A DNA stretch of 62,608 nt, the filler included. It is 5 parts of 5 records of this genome, joined end to end, with 100 filler letters (N's around TTAATTAATTAA, not from the genome) between each part and the next. Parts side by side here need not be neighbours in the genome. Positions count along the whole stretch, not along the records: positions 57,053 to 62,608 come from SRR31156797_4257; 4 more parts are not named here. One strand, 5' to 3'. The position numbers were made by a program, and so were the translations under genes. This document shows, in pieces, positions 59,110-62,608 of this stretch. The notes beneath the pieces were generated by a model, which was not told the origin of the DNA, did not search any database, and saw nothing but the letters and a program-made list of their open reading frames with translations. The number at the start of each line of letters is the position of its first letter. The stretch's first letter is position 1.

Positions 59110-60108
59110 TTGAAGACAATTAAGTGGGGAATTCTCGGATGTGGAAAAGTAGTTCAAACAAAAAGTGGACCAGGTTTTCAAAGAGTTCCCAATAGTAAAA
59201 TTCAAGCTATTTATAGAAGAGATTTAGAAAAAGCAAAACAGTCGGCACAAAGTTTTTCAGTAGATACATATTATAATAACTATAAGGATTTAATCCTAGA
59301 TAAGGAAGTTGATGCTATATACATTGCAACACCTCCGGGACTTCATAAAGAACAGGCTATTTTTTGTGCTAGAAATAAAAAAGCGGTTTATCTTGAAAAA
59401 CCTTTTGCCAGAAATGAAGTAGAATGCCTGGAAATCATTAACGCATTTAAGGAAGAAAATGTGCCATTATACATAGCCCATTATAGAAGAGCACATCCTA
59501 AGTTCTTAAAAGTTAAAGAATTAGTTGATTCTAATGTTATCGGTGAAATTTACTCATTTGATTGCAATCTTAACCGTATTTTTGAAGATGATAAGGTTCA
59601 TGATTGGATGTTCAAAACTGAGTTATCAGGAGGAGGAAAGTTCTTTGATATAGCTCCACATATGATTGATATTCTAATCTATCTATTTGGCGAAGTATCT
59701 GATGTTGAATCATACTGTAAAAACGTAAACGATACCCATTCATTAGAAGAAGTAGTTGTAGCAATTTTGAAAATGAAAAATGACATTTTTGGAACTCTTA
59801 ATTTTAATTTAGCTGCTGATAACAAAAGTGACAAGGTTATTTTGAGAGGGATAAATGGAGAGATCGAATTTAGTATCCACGGTTCAAGTCCTATTCTTAT
59901 TAAAAAGAATGGTGTCATTATAGAGGAAATTAAAATTGATGATCCAGAATATATCCAAGAGCCTATGATTCAATCTGTTGTAGAAGATTTAATTAGCACT
60001 AATCCTAATGTTTGTTCCGGTGAAGATGCACTAGAAACTTATCGAGTAATAGATATGATTTTAGACAAATTTTATGATGGAAGAAAAAGAGAGTTCTGGA
60101 ATGATTAA
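59110..60108 (+). CDS. Gfo/Idh/MocA family oxidoreductase (ORF track start 59047; RBS favours TTG 59110)
   Basis: WGILGCG, DAIYIATPPGLH, YLEKP, GGGKFFDIAPH. Confidence 0.92.
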   Translation: MKTIKWGILGCGKVVQTKSGPGFQRVPNSKIQAIYRRDLEKAKQSAQSFSVDTYYNNYKDLILDKEVDAIYIATPPGLHKEQAIFCARNKKAVYLEKPFARNEVECLEIINAFKEENVPLYIAHYRRAHPKFLKVKELVDSNVIGEIYSFDCNLNRIFEDDKVHDWMFKTELSGGGKFFDIAPHMIDILIYLFGEVSDVESYCKNVNDTHSLEEVVVAILKMKNDIFGTLNFNLAADNKSDKVILRGINGEIEFSIHGSSPILIKKNGVIIEEIKIDDPEYIQEPMIQSVVEDLISTNPNVCSGEDALETYRVIDMILDKFYDGRKREFWND

Positions 60109-60193
60109 AATGAGAATTTTCAATACTTACTAAAGTTCTAAGAAAATCTTAAGTACTATAATGAGATTTTTTTAATAAGGGAGGAATAAAAAA

Positions 60194-61312
60194 ATGAAAA
60201 CAATGTTTGGATTAATGGTTTTAATAGCAATTTCGCTAAACATGACAGCTTGGGCTACTGAAGCATCCGGTTCAATGAAATCTACGGAAATTTTGTACAC
60301 AATGCCGGAAGAAAGTGAACCGCATGAGGGAACTTGGTTACAATGGCCCCACCATTATCAATATGGCGTAGAATATCGAGATAGAATAGATGCTACTTGG
60401 GTTGACATGACAAAAGAACTTGAATCGAGTGAAACTGTACATATTGTTGCTTATAATGAAACAGAAAAATCAAGAATAATTAATCTGTTAAATAAAGCAG
60501 GAGTTCCACTTGAAAATATTGATTTTAGGATTTATAAAACCGATGATGTTTGGGTAAGAGATAATGGACCAATTTTTGTAAAAGACGAAATGGGAAAAAT
60601 AGTAATAGAGGATTGGGGCTTTAACGGATGGGGAGATAAGGCTGAGTTTGAAAACTGTGACACTATTCCTTCTGAAATTGCCTATGATCAAGATACAACT
60701 ATAGTTGACTTAAATTCTGTATTAGTAAATGAAGGCGGAAGTTTTGAAATAGACGGTCATGGAACTTTTATGGCGTGTAGAAGTTCCATTTTAAACAAAA
60801 ATAGAAATCCTGGAATGACTCAGTCTGATGTAGAAGAGATATTTACAAAATATCTGGGTGTTACTAATTTTATATGGTTGGATGGTGTTGCTGGACTTGA
60901 TATAACTGATATGCATATAGATGGTTTTGCAAGATTTGCTGATGCAACAACAATAGTGACAATGAGAGAGAAAGAGTTGCTTGAATGGAGTGTCCCTGAA
61001 TCGGATATAGATACGCTGTTTTATGCAAAAAATAGCGTTGGGGAAGATTATGATTATATAGAATTGCCATTAACAAAAAATAATGTTGTTACAACATACG
61101 GAGAAAAATTAGGTTATAAAGGTTCATACATAAACTACTATATTGCAAACACAAAAGTATTAGTTCCAAATTATAATGATCCAAATGATGCAATTGCAAA
61201 TGAACTTATCCAAGAATTATATCCAGATAGAACAGTAGTAGGAATTGATGTTAGAAATTTATATGTCAATGGTGGAATGATACATTGTGTAACTCAACAA
61301 CAACCTAAATAA
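60194..61312 (+). CDS. Agmatine/peptidylarginine deiminase family protein with N-terminal signal peptide
   Basis: MPEE...WP, DVWVRDNGP, EGG, HIDG, SYIN, GGMIHCVTQQQP; signal ending AWA. Confidence 0.9.
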   Translation: MKTMFGLMVLIAISLNMTAWATEASGSMKSTEILYTMPEESEPHEGTWLQWPHHYQYGVEYRDRIDATWVDMTKELESSETVHIVAYNETEKSRIINLLNKAGVPLENIDFRIYKTDDVWVRDNGPIFVKDEMGKIVIEDWGFNGWGDKAEFENCDTIPSEIAYDQDTTIVDLNSVLVNEGGSFEIDGHGTFMACRSSILNKNRNPGMTQSDVEEIFTKYLGVTNFIWLDGVAGLDITDMHIDGFARFADATTIVTMREKELLEWSVPESDIDTLFYAKNSVGEDYDYIELPLTKNNVVTTYGEKLGYKGSYINYYIANTKVLVPNYNDPNDAIANELIQELYPDRTVVGIDVRNLYVNGGMIHCVTQQQPK

Positions 61313-61317
61313 GAAAG

Positions 61318-61370
61318 CAACCCCTCCCAAAACGCCCAAAAGCGTCTCAAGAGGGGTTCTCTTTATCTTA
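61318..61370. repeat. REP-like palindromic repeat, copy 2
   Basis: CAACCCCTCCCAAAACGC...GCGTCTCAAGAGGGGTTCTCTTTATCTTA. Confidence 0.8.
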
Positions 61371-62159
61371 ATTTATTTTAACTTTTATTTCAAACTCGCT
61401 CATAAATCCTAATTTCCCTCTATATTCAATTTTTTTCATTTTAATCATTTCTCTTACTCTATAGTCTATAATTGCATCGCCTACTAACTGATCTGATTTT
61501 GCCATAACTATCCCTATTATTTTAGAAGCTTTAATAAGTTCAGTTGTAATATTTTCTAGTATTAAATGATCATAATAATCTTCACTTACACCAACTATTT
61601 GATTATTTATTAAAATTCTTAAATTTTCTTTGCTTTCTCTAAGTAATTTCCACTCTGAAATAAGCTCTTTTTTTCTTTTTTCGTAAATTTTGAAAATACC
61701 TTTTAATTTAGAATCTAAATTATCTGGAAAACATTCTGCTACTGCTCGAACAAATGTTTCTTTTATATTCGAAGATACATTTACCTCGTATAAATCATAA
61801 TTCTTAAATCGATCAACTAAGTACCTTAATGATAATTGTTCTATTACATTTTCTCCATGCCATATAACTATTTTCTTATAATTTTTTATATCAACGTTCA
61901 AAAAATAAATTTCTTCTATATTATTAACTAATTCATCTTGACTCAAAAACTCAGAATAACCAATTTGAGTAAATAGTTTTTTAAACCATTCTTCTCTCTG
62001 TTTTAAATTTTCCTCAAGTTTGTATATATTTCCCGTTGAAAGATCCTCTCTAAAATTTAATACTTCTCCATAGTATTTATGGTTTTTATTATTTTAAAAA
62101 AAGTACTTTAAATTTTCTGCCGCAGAATCTCCCAAAGCAATGTGTATATAATTTGTCAT
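61368..62159 (-). pseudogene. DUF1835/DUF3658-like gene with in-frame TAA at codon 22
   Basis: RBS AAGGAG + ATG 62159 gives MTNYIHIALGDSAAENLKYFF*NNK...EDLSTGNI...REEWF, in frame with the 61368-61946 ORF; stop at 62096-62094. Confidence 0.75.
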
Positions 62160-62462
62160 AATATCTCCTTATTAGAATCATGTAAATATTTTTTATTTTA
62201 GATACCTGCAATTATACTATTTCAATAGTTTTATTACAAATGAATATTAAAGCATAGTTGTTTTTATTTGTTAGCATAACACTTTTTAGTTAATATTTGA
62301 GTTTTTTATGAATAAAGAGTTATTTTATTCAAATTATAATACCATGACCTTCATCGAACTAAAACATCATTATAAATGCGTGCTATAATGTACTTAAATT
62401 GTTAGATAAAAATGAGGTTTTACTTATGAAAAATTATTCTTTAAAACCAAATGAGTTAGATA

Positions 62463-62540
62463 TGGATACATCGGATGCACACGAATTTAAGAATTTAAGA
62501 ATTTAAGATTTAATCTGCGTGTATCCGTGTTCATCTGTGA
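62463..62540. repeat. Imperfect palindromic element enclosing an (AATTTAAG)x3 tandem repeat
   Basis: GGATACATCGGATGCACACG...(AATTTAAG)3...CGTGTATCCGTGTTCATCTGTG. Confidence 0.6.
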
Positions 62541-62608
62541 CTTTAAAGCGCATTTAGAATTTATTAAATAAAATAACTAAGTCAAATGATATTAATAACC
62601 ACGAATTC

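Noticed and set aside
1..62608. CRISPR array, cas genes, integron or prophage
   Set aside because: No regularly spaced repeat-spacer array, cas, integrase or phage structural genes were recognised; contig 5 genes alternate strands and its repeats lack attC-type ends

Overview
The window is not one locus. It is five contigs joined by artificial 100-bp linkers (N-run/TTAATTAATTAA/N-run) at 8410-8509, 29824-29923, 37719-37818 and 56953-57052, so adjacency across linkers carries no biological meaning. Contig 1 (1-8409; AT-rich, probably a Fusobacteriota or Firmicutes-like anaerobe): tRNA 3' end, MATE pump, 7TM-DISM adenylate cyclase, sulfotransferase, a P-loop/AlaX-like fusion, EamA, methyltransferase, VOC protein. 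Contig 2 (8510-29823; Fusobacteriota-like from rpsL, mlaA and rfaE1-ispF): a ~14 kb type IV pilus locus (pilB, pilC, PilHIG-like ABC module, pilins, pilD, minor pilins, ComFB, pilMNOPQ; no pilT), then rfaE1, ispF, a structured intergenic RNA candidate, an ABC-F gene and the start of rpsL. Contig 3 (29924-37718; Bacteroidota-like): NDH-2, a 1233-aa purple acid phosphatase/atypical kinase/Omp85 fusion coupled to a beta-propeller lipoprotein, an AEC transporter and an IS3-like end. Contig 4 (37819-56952; Arcobacteraceae-like): tRNA-fMet, TetR-TolC-MFP-RND efflux operon, c-di-GMP genes flanking a NavAb-like sodium channel, a phosphorylase-kinase-like GH15 protein coupled to glucokinase, a SauUSI-like type IV restriction enzyme and a partial histidine kinase. 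Contig 5 (57053-62608): accessory metabolic genes with two families of intergenic palindromic repeats and a nonsense-interrupted DUF1835-like gene. The best candidates for undescribed biology are the phosphatase-kinase-Omp85 fusion, the PhK-like GH15/glucokinase pair (and its SauUSI-like neighbour), the 27231-27467 RNA with two possible loop pseudoknots, and the pilus locus with possible cyclic-dinucleotide inputs. All assignments come from motif recognition by eye; no searches were run and taxonomy is inferred.
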